A stretch of 64,000 nucleotides of DNA. Origin: an uncultured Actinomycetota bacterium (GTDB taxonomy: Bacteria; Actinomycetota; Actinomycetes; Propionibacteriales; Nocardioidaceae). The notes beneath the pieces are model-generated. The model worked only from the letters and a program-made list of their open reading frames with translations, had not been told where the DNA came from and ran no database searches. The DNA lies in NCBI GenBank assembly GCA_963765725.1, contig CAVXXI010000001.1:547838-611837 (forward strand), written 5' to 3'. Shown piece after piece: positions 42,551 to 52,601 of the stretch (its first letter is position 1; every line of letters begins with the position of its first letter). The translations under genes and the position numbers were made by a program.

Positions 42551-43531
42551 GTGCCCCGAGAGTCCGCCGCCGACCAGATCTCCTCTTCGCCCGCCCGGTC
42601 ACTATCCGCGTCGCCGATGGTGTCGGCACGAGGGCTGCGCAAGTCCTACGGCTCCTTCGAGGCCGTGAAGGGCATCGACGTGGAGGTGTACAGGGGTGAG
42701 GCGTTCGGCTTCCTCGGGCCCAATGGTGCCGGGAAGTCGTCCACGATGCGGATGATCGCGGCCGTCTCACCGGTCTCGGGCGGCTCGCTGCGGATCCTCG
42801 ACATGGACCCCGTGACATCCGGGTCCAGCATCAGGGCACGGATCGGGGTGTGTCCGCAGGAGAACAACCTCGACATCGAGCTGAGCGTCGCCGAGAACCT
42901 CATGGTGTACGGCCGTTTCTTCGGGCTGTCACGGGCGCAGGCTCGGGCGCGCGCCGACGAGCTGCTGGCGTTCGTACAGCTCACGGACCGCGCGGGGGCC
43001 AAGGTGGAGGCGCTCTCTGGCGGGATGAAGCGGCGGCTGACGATCGCCCGCTCGCTCGTCAACTCGCCCGACCTGCTCCTGCTCGACGAGCCCACCACCG
43101 GTCTGGACCCGCAGGCTCGGCACCAGCTCTGGGATCGCCTCTTCCGGCTCAAGCAGGAGGGCGTCACGCTCGTTCTCACGACCCACTACATGGACGAGGC
43201 CGAGCAGCTCTGCGACCGGCTCGTCGTGATGGACAAGGGCCTGATCGTGGCCGCGGGCTCGCCGTCGGAGCTCATCGCCGAGCACGCCACCCGCGAGGTC
43301 GTCGAGCTGCGTTTCCCGGTCGGCGCGCACGACGCCATGGCGGCGCCCGTCGCGGGCCTCGCGCAGCGGGTCGAGGTCCTGCCCGACCGACTGCTGCTGT
43401 ACACCGACGACGGCGACGCGACGGTGAACGCCCTGCACGCGCAGGGCGTCACACCGCTGTCCACGCTCGTACGCCGAGCGACGCTGGAGGATGTCTTCCT
43501 GCGGCTGACCGGACGGACGCTGGTCGACTGA
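42551..43531 (+). CDS. ABC transporter ATP-binding protein (DrrA/NodI-like, ABC-2 exporter)
   Basis: Walker A GPNGAGKSS, signature LSGGMKRRL and Walker B LLLDEPT. Start at GTG 42551 (fits a leaderless promoter) or ATG 42617. Confidence 0.9.
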   Translation: MPRESAADQISSSPARSLSASPMVSARGLRKSYGSFEAVKGIDVEVYRGEAFGFLGPNGAGKSSTMRMIAAVSPVSGGSLRILDMDPVTSGSSIRARIGVCPQENNLDIELSVAENLMVYGRFFGLSRAQARARADELLAFVQLTDRAGAKVEALSGGMKRRLTIARSLVNSPDLLLLDEPTTGLDPQARHQLWDRLFRLKQEGVTLVLTTHYMDEAEQLCDRLVVMDKGLIVAAGSPSELIAEHATREVVELRFPVGAHDAMAAPVAGLAQRVEVLPDRLLLYTDDGDATVNALHAQGVTPLSTLVRRATLEDVFLRLTGRTLVD

Positions 43532-44304
43532 TGCTCGCACCACGGCTCGGCCAGTACTGGGTCACCGCCTACAAGCGCACCTGGCGCGGCTCGGTGATCA
43601 GCAGCTTCGTGCTCCCGCTCCTGTACCTGACCGCGATGGGGAAAGGCCTCGGCCGGTTCGTCGACTCCGGCTCCGCGGCGGGCGCGCTCGGCGGTGTCAC
43701 GTACCTCGCCTTCATCGCGCCCGGCCTGCTGGCCACCACGGCCATGAACACCGCCGTCGGCGAGTCCACGTACCCGGTGATGAGCGGCTTCAAGTGGAGC
43801 CGCATGTACTACTCCATGGCCGCCACACCCCTGGAGCCGTCCGACATCCTGCTGGCCCATCTGGTCACGGTCGCGGTCCGCATCCTCACCACCTGCGCGG
43901 TGTTCCTGGCCGTGCTCGCGGCCTTCGGAGCGCTGGTCACCTGGTGGGGGGCGCTCGCCGCGCTCGCCTCCTCGGTCCTCCTGGGGATGGCGCACACGAC
44001 CCCGCTGTTCGCGCTGAGCGCCCGACTGCCCGAGCCGAGCGCCTTCGCGCTCGTGTACCGGCTGGGGCTGATGCCGATGACCCTGTTCAGCGGTGCCTTC
44101 TTCCCGGTCTCGCAGCTGCCGGCGGCCGTCTCCTGGCTCGCCTACCTGACCCCGGTCTGGCACGGCGTCGACCTGAGCCGGATGCTGACCCTCGACGAGG
44201 TCAGCCTGTGGCCGGCGCTGGGTCATGCGGCGTACCTGTCGGTCTGGCTCGTCGCCGGCTGGTACCTCGCCCGCCGGGCCTTCGCGAACCGGCTCGCACA
44301 GTGA
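43531..44304 (+). CDS. ABC-2 type transporter permease
   Basis: The start overlaps the ATPase stop (TGATG). Six-TM ABC-2-like protein. Confidence 0.85.
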   Translation: MLAPRLGQYWVTAYKRTWRGSVISSFVLPLLYLTAMGKGLGRFVDSGSAAGALGGVTYLAFIAPGLLATTAMNTAVGESTYPVMSGFKWSRMYYSMAATPLEPSDILLAHLVTVAVRILTTCAVFLAVLAAFGALVTWWGALAALASSVLLGMAHTTPLFALSARLPEPSAFALVYRLGLMPMTLFSGAFFPVSQLPAAVSWLAYLTPVWHGVDLSRMLTLDEVSLWPALGHAAYLSVWLVAGWYLARRAFANRLAQ

Positions 44305-45113
44305 CGGCCCTGCAGACCCGGACCCTCGGCCCGCGCATCGTGCCCGTGGTCGGCGCCGGGGCATGGCGCATCGTCGAGCGCAACTACCTCGTCTACCGGC
44401 ACGGCTGGTTCGTGTTCGTCACCGGGATGCTCGAGCCGGTCTTCTACCTCTTCTCGATCGGGATCGGCGTAGGTGGCCTCATCGGGCACTTCGCCCTCGC
44501 CGACGGCGCCTCCGTGAGCTATGTCCAGTTCGTCGCGCCCGCGATGCTCGCGACCTCTGCGATGAACGGCGCGCTGTTCGACGCCACCTACAACATCTTC
44601 TTCAAGATGAAGTTCGAGAAGCTCTACGACGCGATGCTGGCGACGCCGCTGAGCCCGAACGACGTCGCCCGCGGCGAGATCATGTGGGCGTTGCTCCGGG
44701 GCGCCTGCTACTCGGCGGCGTTCATCGTCATCATGCTGGCGATGGGCCTGGTCAGGTCCTGGTGGATGCTGCTGGCGCTCCCGGCGACCGTCCTGATCGG
44801 CTACGCGTTCGCCGGCGCCGGGATGGCGCTGACCACCTGGATGCGCTCGTGGCAGGACTTCGAGTACGTCCAGCTCGCGATCATGCCGATGTTCCTCTTC
44901 TCGGCGACCTTCTTCCCGCTGTCCGGCTACCCCGCCGCGATCGCGGCGGTGGTGCGCTGGACGCCGCTCTACCAAGGTGTCGTGCTGTGTCGCGACACCG
45001 CACTGGGCTCCATGGGCTGGGACTGTGTGACCGCCGCCGGCTACCTTGCCGCGATGGGGTCGCTGGGCCTGTACGTCGCGTCCCGCCGCGTCGGCGCGCT
45101 CCTGCTGACCTGA
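44301..45113 (+). CDS. ABC-2 type transporter permease (second subunit)
   Basis: GTGA overlap. Paralogous six-TM membrane protein. Confidence 0.85.
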   Translation: MTALQTRTLGPRIVPVVGAGAWRIVERNYLVYRHGWFVFVTGMLEPVFYLFSIGIGVGGLIGHFALADGASVSYVQFVAPAMLATSAMNGALFDATYNIFFKMKFEKLYDAMLATPLSPNDVARGEIMWALLRGACYSAAFIVIMLAMGLVRSWWMLLALPATVLIGYAFAGAGMALTTWMRSWQDFEYVQLAIMPMFLFSATFFPLSGYPAAIAAVVRWTPLYQGVVLCRDTALGSMGWDCVTAAGYLAAMGSLGLYVASRRVGALLLT

Positions 45114-45125
45114 CAGACTGCGGCC

Positions 45126-45926
45126 ATGGCGTTGCGGGAACGTGCCGAAATCGGTGTGATCGGCGGGTCCGGGCTCTACGAGTTCCTCGACGCGCCCGAG
45201 CTCGTCGACGTCACCACGCCGTACGGGCCACCGTCGGCGCCGGTCGCGGTCGGCGAGGTGGCGGGACGCGCCGTCGCGTTCCTTCCGCGCCACGGGGTCC
45301 GGCACGAGTACCCGCCTCATCGAGTCAACTATCGCGCCAACCTGTGGGCGCTGCGCTCCGTGGGCGTCCGTCGCGTTCTGGCGCCGTGCGCCGTCGGGAG
45401 CCTGCAGCCGCAGCTCTGCCCGGGCGCGCTGGTGGTGCCGGACCAGCTCGTCGACCGCACCAGCGGGCGCGTCCAGACGTACATGGACAAGGGCGCGGCG
45501 CATGTCGGGTTCGCCGACCCCTACTGTCCGACGTTGCGGTCGTTTCTGGTCCGCGGCGACGCCGACGTCGTCGACGGAGCCACGATGGTCGTGGTCGAGG
45601 GTCCTCGGTTCTCGACCAGGGCGGAGTCCCAGTGGTACGCGGCGCAGGGCTGGTCGCTGGTGAACATGACGGGTCATCCCGAAGCTGTCCTCGCCCGCGA
45701 GCTGGCCATGTGCTACGCCGCCGTCGCCCTGGTCACCGACCGCGACGCCGGGGTGAGCGATGGCGAGGCGGTCGACCAGGCCGCGGTGTTCGCCGAGTTC
45801 GCGCGCAACGTGAGCACGCTGCGCGCCTACCTGATCGGCGTCGTGGCGGCCCTGCCCGCCGGGCGGGAGGGGTGCACCTGCCCCGGCGCCCTCGACGGCC
45901 TCATCGTGCCGTTCGAGCTGCCATGA
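45126..45926 (+). CDS. mtnP: S-methyl-5'-thioadenosine phosphorylase
   Basis: PNP/MTAP family sequence (IGVIGGSGLY...FLPRHG...VNMTGHPEAVLAREL). Confidence 0.88.
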   Translation: MALRERAEIGVIGGSGLYEFLDAPELVDVTTPYGPPSAPVAVGEVAGRAVAFLPRHGVRHEYPPHRVNYRANLWALRSVGVRRVLAPCAVGSLQPQLCPGALVVPDQLVDRTSGRVQTYMDKGAAHVGFADPYCPTLRSFLVRGDADVVDGATMVVVEGPRFSTRAESQWYAAQGWSLVNMTGHPEAVLARELAMCYAAVALVTDRDAGVSDGEAVDQAAVFAEFARNVSTLRAYLIGVVAALPAGREGCTCPGALDGLIVPFELP

Positions 45927-46049
45927 AGGTCGTGATCTGGGGCAGGTCCTCCTGGCTGCCCGTTGTCGACCGAGCCTGACGGGCTTCCGGGGTGGTCGTC
46001 CACGTAGGCTTGGAGCTCTCGACGGCACGAGCACGCAGCGAGGGCGACG

Positions 46050-46244
46050 GTGCGACACACGGAATTCTGGACCCGGATGAACGCGGCCCTGGGCCCCGCC
46101 TACGCCACGACGTGGGCCAGGGAGCAGGTCCTGGCAGGGCTCGACGAGATGACGGTGCAGCAGGCCCTCGAGGCCGGGTGGGACGCCAAGACCGTGTGGC
46201 GTGTCGTCTGGCGGGCGCTCGAGCTGCCGCCCCGCGACCGCTGA
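46050..46244 (+). CDS. DUF3046-family small protein (conserved upstream neighbour of recA)
   Basis: MRHTEFWTRMNAALGPAYATTWAREQVLAGL... is typical of DUF3046, and it is positioned before recA. Confidence 0.8.
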   Translation: MRHTEFWTRMNAALGPAYATTWAREQVLAGLDEMTVQQALEAGWDAKTVWRVVWRALELPPRDR

Positions 46245-46247
46245 CCT

Positions 46248-46401
46248 CGAGCGGGCGGGAATGTCCGGCCGAGCGGGCGGGAATGTTCGGCCGAGCGGGC
46301 GGGAATGTCGGGTCGAGCGGGCGGGAATGTCGGGTCGAGCGGGCGGGAATGTCGGGTCGAGCGGGCGGGAATGTCGGGTCGAGCGGGCGGGAAGCTGCAC
46401 G
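46248..46401 (+). repeat. 22-bp tandem repeat array, 7 units; the most regular copy of the family (CGAGCGGGCGGGAATGTCGGGT)
   Basis: Units start at 46248, 46270, 46292, 46314, 46336, 46358 and 46380. Four consecutive units are identical. Confidence 0.95.
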
Positions 46402-46417
46402 GCGTGTCGAGGAGGAT

Positions 46418-46433
46418 TCGAACACACGTTCGG
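46418..46433 (+). promoter_or_regulatory. LexA SOS box upstream of recA (TCGAACACACGTTCGG)
   Basis: It matches the mycobacterial/actinobacterial consensus TCGAAC-N4-GTTCGA, with a perfect GAAC-N4-GTTC core. Confidence 0.8.
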
Positions 46434-46500
46434 GATACGGTTTATCCGCAGGAAGCGAGTCGCGACGTTCTTACCCACAGGCAAGCCCGACCATCCGATG

Positions 46501-46523
46501 TTGTCGGTGGTGGCGTCTAGCGT
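46501..46523 (+). promoter_or_regulatory. RecA-NDp/PafBC-type promoter of recA (TTGTCGGTG-N8-TAGCGT)
   Basis: Exact match to the published motif tTGTCRgtg-8nt-TAnnnT, 57 nt upstream of the recA ATG. Confidence 0.75.
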
Positions 46524-46580
46524 CGTGTCACGACAGCACGGACCCGGGTCCACGACCCCTCACACGTTACGGATGGCGCA

Positions 46581-47633
46581 ATGGCTGCAGCAGATCGTTC
46601 CAAAGCCCTCGACAACGCACTCGCGCAGATCGAGCGCTCGCACGGCAAGGGCTCCGTCATGCGACTGGGTGACCAGGGCCGTGCGCCCGTCGAGGTGATC
46701 CCGACAGGGTCCATCGCGCTCGACATCGCGCTCGGCATCGGGGGTCTTCCCCGCGGGCGGGTGGTCGAGGTCTACGGGCCGGAGTCGTCCGGCAAGACCA
46801 CGGTCGCGCTGCACTCCGTCGCCAATGCCCAACGAGCCGGCGGGATCGCGGCGTTCATCGACGCCGAGCACGCGCTCGACCCCGACTACGCACAGCGGCT
46901 GGGAGTCGACACCGACGCCCTGCTCGTCTCCCAGCCCGACAGCGGCGAGCAGGCGCTGGAGATCGCCGACATGCTCATCAGGTCGGGTGCCCTCGACATC
47001 ATCGTCATCGACTCGGTTGCGGCGCTGGTGCCACGCGCGGAGATCGAGGGCGAGATGGGCGACTCGCATGTCGGGCTCCAGGCACGACTGATGAGCCAGG
47101 CGCTGCGCAAGCTCACCGGCGCGTTGAGCAACTCCGGTACGACGATGATCTTCATCAACCAGCTGCGCGAGAAGATCGGCGTCATGTTCGGCTCCCCGGA
47201 GACGACCACGGGTGGTCGCGCGCTCAAGTTCTACTCCTCCGTTCGGCTCGATGTCCGCCGCATCGAAAGCCTCAAGGACGGGACCGACTTCGTCGGGAAC
47301 CGCACCAGAGTGAAGGTGGCGAAGAACAAGTGCGCGCCACCGTTCAAGCAGGCTGAGTTCGACATCATGTACGGGCAGGGGATCAGCCGGGAGGGCGGAC
47401 TGATCGACGTGGGCGTGGAGACCGGGCTCGTACGCAAGGCCGGCGCCTGGTACACGTATGAAGGCGACCAGCTGGGGCAGGGCAAGGAGAACTCGCGCAC
47501 CTTCCTCCGCGACAACCCCGATCTCGCCAACGAGATCGAGAAGCGGATCCTGGAGAAGCTCGGTATCGGTGCGACGCTCGAGACCGACGCTGTCGCCGCC
47601 GCTGGAGCCGGGCCCACTGACATCGACTTCTGA
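46581..47633 (+). CDS. recA: Recombinase RecA (no intein)
   Basis: Walker [10 protein letters not shown] and full-length RecA-typical sequence of 350 aa. Confidence 0.98.
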   Translation: MAAADRSKALDNALAQIERSHGKGSVMRLGDQGRAPVEVIPTGSIALDIALGIGGLPRGRVVEVYGPESSGKTTVALHSVANAQRAGGIAAFIDAEHALDPDYAQRLGVDTDALLVSQPDSGEQALEIADMLIRSGALDIIVIDSVAALVPRAEIEGEMGDSHVGLQARLMSQALRKLTGALSNSGTTMIFINQLREKIGVMFGSPETTTGGRALKFYSSVRLDVRRIESLKDGTDFVGNRTRVKVAKNKCAPPFKQAEFDIMYGQGISREGGLIDVGVETGLVRKAGAWYTYEGDQLGQGKENSRTFLRDNPDLANEIEKRILEKLGIGATLETDAVAAAGAGPTDIDF

Positions 47634-48241
47634 TGGCTCGGCGTCGGTCAGCGCGAGAGGAGCCGGTAGACGCCGACCGTGACCTCGGCCCGCCGGCAGA
47701 CCCGGAGGCGGTTGCCCGGACGATCCTGCTGGCGAAGCTCACCGGTCAGGCCCGCTCCCGAGACGAGCTGGCTCGAGCACTCGAGGCCAAGGCTGTGCCG
47801 GTCGAGGTCGCCGACACCGTGCTCGACCGCTTCGAAGAAGTCGGGCTGATCGACGACCAGGCGTTCGCGGAGGCCTGGGTGGAGTCGCGCCAAGCGACCC
47901 GCGGCCTGTCCCGGCGGGCTCTGGCCGTCGAGCTGCGGCGTAAGGGGATCGCGGACGACCTCATCCAGGAGACGGTCTCGGCCATCGACCCGAACCGGGA
48001 ACGCGCGATCGCCCGCGCCCTCGTCGACCGCAAGCTCGCCAGCACGCGCCGTCTCGACGGGGCGACCCGGTTCCGTCGACTTGCGTCCGCCCTGGCCCGC
48101 AAGGGCTATCCGCCCGGGCTGTGCACAGCGGTTGTGCGGGAGGCGCTGGCCGACGAGTCGGACGACTCCTCCTCGGGCGGCCTTGGCTTTGGGGATACCG
48201 ACTTCGACGATGCCGACGTGGAGCACGCGGAGGTGAGCTGA
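47633..48241 (+). CDS. recX: Recombination regulator RecX
   Basis: The start overlaps the recA stop (TGATG). Helical-repeat RecX-like sequence. Confidence 0.9.
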   Translation: MARRRSAREEPVDADRDLGPPADPEAVARTILLAKLTGQARSRDELARALEAKAVPVEVADTVLDRFEEVGLIDDQAFAEAWVESRQATRGLSRRALAVELRRKGIADDLIQETVSAIDPNRERAIARALVDRKLASTRRLDGATRFRRLASALARKGYPPGLCTAVVREALADESDDSSSGGLGFGDTDFDDADVEHAEVS

Positions 48242-48453
48242 CGTACGTCGGCGCCATCCGCAGCTCCCAGTCCCGAGCCGGTCACCGAAGCCAGGAAGGG
48301 TGCCCCGCGTGCGGGCAGCCATCGCGCCGCCGCGACGACCTCGCCAGCTATGGCGGCCGAGTGCGCCAGCACGCCGAGCACGTCACTTGCGGCGAATGAA
48401 GTGGTATGCACCGAATCGCTGCTATCCCACCAAGTCTCTGTAGTATCCGGAGC

Positions 48454-49599
48454 ATGCCTGCCGCCCGACCCGCTGAAGCACCAATCGGTGCGGAGCTGAG
48501 TACTGGCGGCCCGATCTTTGCGAAGCCGCTGCCGCCTGAGTGGTTCATCGAGCACGACACGAATGCCGAGATGCGGTGGGAGTCGGCACACGAGCAGCGG
48601 TTCGCGACCGCGAACGGCCGCTTCTTCGTCCGCAACCACACCCGCACGCCGAGGATCGATCCAGCGACGTATCGACTGGAGATCTTCGGCGACGGACTCG
48701 ACGGGGAGCCCACGGCCGACGAGCCGATCACCCTGAGCCTCGACCAACTGCGCGACTTCGCGCCGTACTCACTCAGCTCGTTCCTCGAGTGCACCGGCAA
48801 CGGGCGGGCGCTGTTCGCAATCCAGCAGCAGATGGCTGTTCCCGGCACGCCATGGCTGCTGGGCGGGATCGGCATGGCGACCTGGTCCGGCATCCGCTTG
48901 TCGTCGGTGCTGCGGTGGGCGCACCTGCGATCCGACGCCCTGAGTGTGATGGCCACGGGACTGGACGACCCGTATGTCTACCGGGGCGTCGACTACGGCC
49001 CGGTCCGTCGTCCGCTTCCCGTCCACAAGGCCCTCGACGACTGCATGCTCGTCCTGGAGATGAACGGTGAGCCCCTGCCGCTGGATCACGGCGCTCCCGT
49101 ACGGCTGCTGGTCCCTGGCTGGGTCGGCATCGCCAGCATCAAATGGCTGGGACAGCTCGAGGTGTCGAGCCGGCAGCTGCAGTCACCGTGGAACACCATC
49201 TGGTACCGGATGACGGGCGGCGCCTACCCGAGCGACGCGCCGCCGCTCACCGACGTTCCGGTGCGCAGCACGTTCGAGCTCCCGTGGGGTGCTCGGCTCG
49301 CTGCAGGGTCCCCGGTGACCCTGCGGGGAAGGTCGTGGTCGGGTGCCGCGCCGATCGAGCGGGTGGACGTGAGCCTCGACGGCGGGGCGACCTGGCAGAC
49401 GCCGCAGCTCAGTGGCCCCAACCGCCGGTACTCGTGGGCGCACTGGCAGGTGAGGTGGGTGCCCCCCTCCGTCGGCACGCACGAGCTGCTGGCGCGAGCC
49501 ACCGACAAGCGCGGCCGCACCCAGCCCGACACCGTTCCGTTCAACAACGAGGGGTACCTCTTCTGGGCCGTCGTGCGGCATCCCGTCACGGTGGTCTGA
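48454..49599 (+). CDS. Molybdopterin-dependent oxidoreductase (sulfite oxidase family)
   Basis: Conserved Moco-binding segment (SFLECTGNGR), VRLLVPGWVGIASIKWL, and a C-terminal dimerisation/Ig-like domain. Start placed at ATG 48454; the track ORF opens at 48406. Confidence 0.85.
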   Translation: MPAARPAEAPIGAELSTGGPIFAKPLPPEWFIEHDTNAEMRWESAHEQRFATANGRFFVRNHTRTPRIDPATYRLEIFGDGLDGEPTADEPITLSLDQLRDFAPYSLSSFLECTGNGRALFAIQQQMAVPGTPWLLGGIGMATWSGIRLSSVLRWAHLRSDALSVMATGLDDPYVYRGVDYGPVRRPLPVHKALDDCMLVLEMNGEPLPLDHGAPVRLLVPGWVGIASIKWLGQLEVSSRQLQSPWNTIWYRMTGGAYPSDAPPLTDVPVRSTFELPWGARLAAGSPVTLRGRSWSGAAPIERVDVSLDGGATWQTPQLSGPNRRYSWAHWQVRWVPPSVGTHELLARATDKRGRTQPDTVPFNNEGYLFWAVVRHPVTVV

Positions 49600-49656
49600 G
49601 CGACCGGCTTGCGCTTACCGCCACCTGACATGATGGCGTGCATGCGGGTGAAGGCC

Positions 49657-51168
49657 ATGCAGCCACCGGGACACGAGCGCACGTACGAGGTGCGTACGTA
49701 CGGCTGCCAGATGAACGTCCACGACTCCGAGCGGATCGCGGGCCTGCTGGACGCCGCCGGCTACGCGCGGGCACACGACGGCCAGGACGCCGACGTGGTC
49801 GTGTTCAACACCTGTGCCGTCCGCGAGAACGCCGACAACAAGCTGTACGGGAACCTTGGCCATCTCGCCCCGGTCAAGGCCACCCGGCCGGGCATGCAGA
49901 TCGCGGTCGGCGGGTGCCTCGCCCAGAAGGACCGGTCGGAGATCACGCGGCGCGCGCCGTGGGTCGACGTCGTCTTCGGTACGCACAACGTCGGCAGCCT
50001 TCCCGTCCTGCTCGAGCGGGCCAGGATCGCCTCGGAGGCGCAGATCGAGATCCTCGACTCGCTCGAGGTCTTCCCCTCCACGCTGCCGGCGCGTCGAGAG
50101 TCCGCGTACGCGGCGTGGGTGGCTATCAGCGTCGGGTGCAACAACACCTGCACCTTCTGCATCGTGCCGTCGCTACGCGGCACCGAGCGGGACCGCCGAC
50201 CGGGGGATGTGCTTGCCGAGATCGAGGCGCTCGTCGCCGACGGGGTGGTGGAGGTGACCCTGCTCGGCCAGAACGTGAACTCGTACGGTGTCGAGTTCGG
50301 TGACCGGCTCGCGTTCGGGAAGCTGCTGCGCGCCTGCGGCGAGATCCAGGGACTGGAACGGGTCCGGTTCACCTCTCCGCACCCCCGTGACTTCACCGAC
50401 GACGTCATCGCGGCGATGGCGCAGACCCCGAACGTCATGCCGCAGCTGCATATGCCTCTGCAGTCGGGGTCGGACGCGATGCTGAAGGCGATGAAGCGCT
50501 CTTACCGCCGCAACCGGTACCTGGGCATCCTCCAGCGCGTCCGCGCCGCGATGCCCGAGGCAGCGATCACGACCGACATCATCGTGGGCTTCCCCGGTGA
50601 GACCGAGGCGGACTTCGAGGAAACGCTCTCGCTGGTCGAGGAGGCCAGGTTCAGTGGCGCCTACACGTTCTTGTACTCCAAGCGCCCGGGTACGCCGGCC
50701 GCGGACATGCCGGGGCAGCTGCCCCGAGCGGTGGTTCAGGAGCGCTACGAGAGGCTCGTCGCACTCGTGGACGCGATCGCCTGGCGGGAGAACCAAGCCT
50801 TCGAGGGCCGACAGGTCGAGGTTCTCGTCGCGCACGGCGAGGGCCGCAAGGACGCCGCGACGTCGCGCCTGTCCGGTCGGGCCCGCGACAACCGGCTCGT
50901 GCACTTCACCCCCGGGCCACTCGAGGCCCTCGGGGGCGTGCCGGTGCGGCCCGGCGACGTCGTGACGGCCCAGGTCACGTACGCCGCGCCGCATCACCTG
51001 GTCTCCGACCTGCCGGTGACGTCGGTACGCCGTACCCGCGCCGGCGACGCCTGGCAGCCGACGGACGCACCCGCCGGCGCGGTCCTGCTCGGCATCCCCA
51101 CGCGCGGTGTCCCGGAGCCGGTACCGCCGCCGGCCGGCGCGTGTGCCGTCACCACCGCACCGTGTTGA
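49657..51168 (+). CDS. miaB: tRNA (N6-isopentenyl adenosine(37)-C2)-methylthiotransferase
   Basis: [11 protein letters not shown], radical-SAM motif CNNTCTFC and a TRAM domain. Start at ATG 49657 or an upstream alternative (track 49609). Confidence 0.92.
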   Translation: MQPPGHERTYEVRTYGCQMNVHDSERIAGLLDAAGYARAHDGQDADVVVFNTCAVRENADNKLYGNLGHLAPVKATRPGMQIAVGGCLAQKDRSEITRRAPWVDVVFGTHNVGSLPVLLERARIASEAQIEILDSLEVFPSTLPARRESAYAAWVAISVGCNNTCTFCIVPSLRGTERDRRPGDVLAEIEALVADGVVEVTLLGQNVNSYGVEFGDRLAFGKLLRACGEIQGLERVRFTSPHPRDFTDDVIAAMAQTPNVMPQLHMPLQSGSDAMLKAMKRSYRRNRYLGILQRVRAAMPEAAITTDIIVGFPGETEADFEETLSLVEEARFSGAYTFLYSKRPGTPAADMPGQLPRAVVQERYERLVALVDAIAWRENQAFEGRQVEVLVAHGEGRKDAATSRLSGRARDNRLVHFTPGPLEALGGVPVRPGDVVTAQVTYAAPHHLVSDLPVTSVRRTRAGDAWQPTDAPAGAVLLGIPTRGVPEPVPPPAGACAVTTAPC

Positions 51169-52541
51169 CCACGGGCGACCCGCTCGCCGCGACGAGCGGC
51201 ACGCCCGTCTGGCTCGACAGCCCGGACCGCCCAAGCCCCCGGGTCGCCCTCGACGGAGACTTCCGGTCCGACCTGGTCGTCGTGGGTGGCGGCTACACCG
51301 GGCTGTGGACGGCGCTGCTCGCGAAGGAGGCGGATCCCTCCCTCACCGTGATCCTGCTCGAGGCCGAGACCATCGCGTGGGCGGCGAGCGGTCGCAACGG
51401 CGGCTTCTGTGAGGCCAGCCTGACCCACGGCCCGGCGAACGGGCTGAGCCGCTTCCCCGACGAGTTCGAGGAGCTGGAGCGGCTCGGCCGCCGTAACCTG
51501 CACGAGCTGCAGGACGCGGTTGACCGCTACGGGATCGACTGCGAGCTCGAGCCGAGCGGTCAGCTCAACGTCGCGACGGAGCCCTACCAGGTCGACGATC
51601 TGCGCGCCGAGGCGCAGCGTGGGGGCGGGCGCTTCCTCGACCGCGACGAAGTACGGGCAGAGGTCGCATCGCCGACGTACCTCGCCGGGCTGTGGAGTCC
51701 CGACACGGTGATGATCCACCCGGCCAAGCTGGCGTGGGGTCTGGCGGACGCGGCCGAGTCGCTCGGCGTACAGGTGCACGAGCACAGCCGGGTGACCGGC
51801 CTGCGTCGCCGAGGCGACGTCATCGAGGTGTCGACGCGGGCGGGCAGCGTCTGCGCCCGAAGAGTCGCGCTCGGCACCAACGCGTTCCCCTCCCTCGTGC
51901 GCCGGGTCAGGCCGTTCGTCGTTCCCGTGTACGACTATGCGCTCGCCACCGAGCCGCTGACATCCGAGCAGCTCGCGTCGATCGGCTGGCGCAACCGGCA
52001 GGGCATCGGCGACAGCGCCAACCAGTTCCACTACTACCGGCTGACCGCCGACAACCGCGTCGTGTTCGGTGGCTACGACGCGATCTACCACTTCAGGCGC
52101 GGGCTCAGGCCGTCGCTCGACCAGCGCCGGGCGACCTTCGAGCTGTTGTCGGCGCACTTCTTCGAGACGTTCCCTCAGCTCGACGGTCTGCGCTTCACCC
52201 ACGCCTGGGGCGGGGCGATCGACCTCTGCAGCCGGTTCTGCGCGTTCTCCGGCACGTCGCACCGCGGCCGGGTCGCCTACACCGCCGGGTACACCGGCCT
52301 CGGCGTTGGTGCCAGCCGGTTCGGCGCGGCCGTCATGCTCGACCTGCTGGCCGGTGCGGAGACGGAGCGCACCCGGACCGCCTTGGTCGAGACCATGCCG
52401 ATCCCGTTCCCGCCCGAACCGTTCACCTGGCTGGGCGTCACCGCCACCCGCGCCGCGCTCAAGGCCGCCGACCGCAACCAGGGCCGGCGCAACCTCTGGC
52501 TGCGAACGCTCGACCGGCTCGGGCTGGGCTTCGACTCCTAG
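51162..52541 (+). CDS. FAD-dependent oxidoreductase (DAO family)
   Basis: Dinucleotide-binding motif [13 protein letters not shown]. Start at GTG 51162 near the miaB stop; the track ORF opens at 51141. Confidence 0.8.
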   Translation: MLTTGDPLAATSGTPVWLDSPDRPSPRVALDGDFRSDLVVVGGGYTGLWTALLAKEADPSLTVILLEAETIAWAASGRNGGFCEASLTHGPANGLSRFPDEFEELERLGRRNLHELQDAVDRYGIDCELEPSGQLNVATEPYQVDDLRAEAQRGGGRFLDRDEVRAEVASPTYLAGLWSPDTVMIHPAKLAWGLADAAESLGVQVHEHSRVTGLRRRGDVIEVSTRAGSVCARRVALGTNAFPSLVRRVRPFVVPVYDYALATEPLTSEQLASIGWRNRQGIGDSANQFHYYRLTADNRVVFGGYDAIYHFRRGLRPSLDQRRATFELLSAHFFETFPQLDGLRFTHAWGGAIDLCSRFCAFSGTSHRGRVAYTAGYTGLGVGASRFGAAVMLDLLAGAETERTRTALVETMPIPFPPEPFTWLGVTATRAALKAADRNQGRRNLWLRTLDRLGLGFDS

Positions 52542-52601
52542 CAGCCGCCTCGCAGCCGTCGGCGGCCCCCACAGAGCACCCGCGCTGCGGACCCCGACGG
52601 C

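Noticed and set aside
46248-46401. The 22-bp repeat arrays (also at 3843-3975, 10099-10252, 26385-26516 and 32591-32892) as CRISPR arrays
   Set aside because: Units are directly head-to-tail with no unique spacers. The unit length is 22 bp, and no cas genes or leader were seen. They are plain tandem repeats.
44223-46553. 776-aa minus-strand ORF, and similar long ORFs (21126-22640 minus, 12990-14846 plus, 15743-17329 minus, 32577-34265 minus, 53531-55186 minus, 58726-59991 minus, 10290-11312 minus)
   Set aside because: They are Arg/Pro/Gly-rich and lack recognisable motifs. They lie antisense or out of frame to well-supported genes and even cross repeat arrays. These are typical high-GC open-frame artefacts.
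46581-47633. Intein in recA (common in some actinobacteria)
   Set aside because: The ORF is 350 aa and colinear with standard RecA, with no insertion.
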